DNA of 64,000 nucleotides from Ruminococcus bicirculans (ex Wegman et al. 2014) (GTDB lineage Bacteria; Bacillota; Clostridia; Christensenellales; DTU072): NCBI GenBank assembly GCA_963642145.1, contig CAVIFU010000001.1, positions 4,645 to 68,644 of the forward strand, read 5' to 3'. Shown piece by piece: positions 63,677 to 64,000 of this stretch (position 1 is its first letter; each line of letters starts with the position of its first letter). The notes under the pieces were generated by a model. It saw only the letters and a program-made list of their open reading frames with translations, ran no database searches and was not told where the DNA came from. The position numbers and the translations under genes were made by a program.

Positions 63677-64000
63677 TTCTTTAGAGAATAGTAGTAATTC
63701 TTCATCGAAAGAGCGTCTTCTGCCTGAGTGCCGTCAGACTCGCATATAACGCAGGGCTCCAATTTACGATCGTGTATTACTTCCATCAACGGACGATAAT
63801 CCGGACCGTATTTTTCATCCGCAAACGTCAAATGTCTGATCTCGCCTTTTGCTCCGTACTCGATTTTGCTAAAATGTATGTGCATACCAAAAACCTTGTC
63901 TTTTGGCATGTTGTCGTACAGTTTTTGAATGATAGTATTATAATCTGAGGCGCATTTTAGAATACCTTGCTCTCTCGCGTTGATATGTCCGAAGTCAATA
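63673..64000 (-). CDS. xylose-isomerase-like TIM-barrel protein (endonuclease IV-like), 3' part only; the gene continues beyond the window
   Basis: The frame stays open upstream of the track Met (IDFGHINAREQGILKCASDYNTIIQKLYDNMPKDKVFGMHIHFSKIEYG..GE.RH..F). The C-terminus is at 63673. Confidence 0.6.
   Translation of the reverse strand, partial: IDFGHINAREQGILKCASDYNTIIQKLYDNMPKDKVFGMHIHFSKIEYGAKGEIRHLTFADEKYGPDYRPLMEVIHDRKLEPCVICESDGTQAEDALSMKNYYYSLKN

Overview
A 64-kb chromosomal segment from a moderate-GC, spore-forming Firmicute. The gene order is Clostridia-like: rpsB-tsf-pyrH, asp23-nusB-xseAB, tlyA-nadK-argR-recN-spoIVB, scpAB, cmk followed by an ispH::S1 fusion, purB, tRNA-Trp, rnhA, lexA, ynbB-miaA-mutL-mutS-miaB, a class A PBP, thiI with a cysteine desulfurase, mutS2, pheST and yunB. 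About 85% of the window is ordinary housekeeping or sporulation DNA with tight gene packing. I saw no rRNA genes and no CRISPR array. Two parts stand out. (1) An 8.2-kb gene encodes a ~2742-aa GLUG/MBG-repeat surface protein with a C-terminal TM anchor and two very recent internal duplications; a 492-aa relative lies at 1.1-2.6 kb. (2) A visibly AT-rich accessory island of ~5.9 kb (about 38.6-44.5 kb) sits between a tyrosine recombinase-lexA-padR block and ynbB-miaA. Its left half is a translationally coupled minus-strand operon: an N-terminally anchored 221-aa protein, a 30-aa single-TM peptide, a 782-aa multi-TM P-loop NTPase with Zot/pI-like motifs, and a 172-aa unknown. Its right half is dense with regulatory RNA signals. 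Two paralogous Lys-rich ~115-aa proteins, plus a truncated third copy, each face a convergent hairpin sRNA driven by a perfect TTGACA-17-TATAAT/TATACT promoter. There is also a 26-aa Hol-Tox-like peptide with a consensus antisense promoter (type I toxin-antitoxin candidate), and a GC-rich, C-tract-rich structured segment. I read the island as an inovirus-like (filamentous-phage-like) or otherwise novel integrated element that lacks a recognisable replication gene. All functional calls come from motif recognition by eye; no database search was run.
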